From Octopus sinensis (Eukaryota), in the NCBI RefSeq assembly GCF_006345805.1, contig NC_043000.1, positions 155,062,001-155,126,000 on the forward strand: a stretch of 64,000 nucleotides of DNA, given 5' to 3'. Below the pieces are notes generated by a model. That model did not search any database. It was not told the DNA's origin and was given only the letters and a program-made list of their open reading frames with translations. Below, in pieces: positions 63,978 to 64,000 of this stretch. Made by a program: the position numbers and the translations under genes. Numbering within the stretch: position 1 is the stretch's first letter; every line of letters begins with the position of its first letter.

Positions 63978-64000
63978 CTATGTATGTATGCATATATATA

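Overview
AT-rich, microsatellite-saturated metazoan DNA. It is most likely from an octopod (cephalopod) genome; this is an inference from the repeat types and is not verified. I found no convincing host protein-coding exon, rRNA, true tRNA or CRISPR array, and most ORFs in the track are translated microsatellites. The window is a dense transposon landscape. It holds about 17 copies or fragments of a bipartite tRNA-derived SINE with an internal (TA/TG)n tract (my working name SINE-A) and two related SINEs (B and C) that nest and multimerise. It also holds RTE-tailed SINEs, an 11-kb same-strand nest of R4/Dong-like RLE retrotransposon copies, several abutting (AAT)n, RTE and Penelope-like remnants, a DD37D (maT) mariner, a hAT end and a Merlin-like MITE. 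The most interesting items are four. (1) A near full-length CR1-clade LINE (57.9-62.5 kb) whose breaks are almost all small homopolymer deletions, so it may be intact in vivo, and whose ORF1 joins a Myb/SANT-like domain, polyQ and two CCCH fingers. (2) Its 3' end matches the SINE-A tail, including a covarying stem-loop, which suggests a LINE-SINE partner pair associated with (TA)n. (3) A minimal hammerhead ribozyme in a Penelope-derived repeat, precisely deleted in a second copy. (4) Microsatellite-specific targeting by several element classes. Family names A-E are my own labels; most boundaries are approximate to a few bases.
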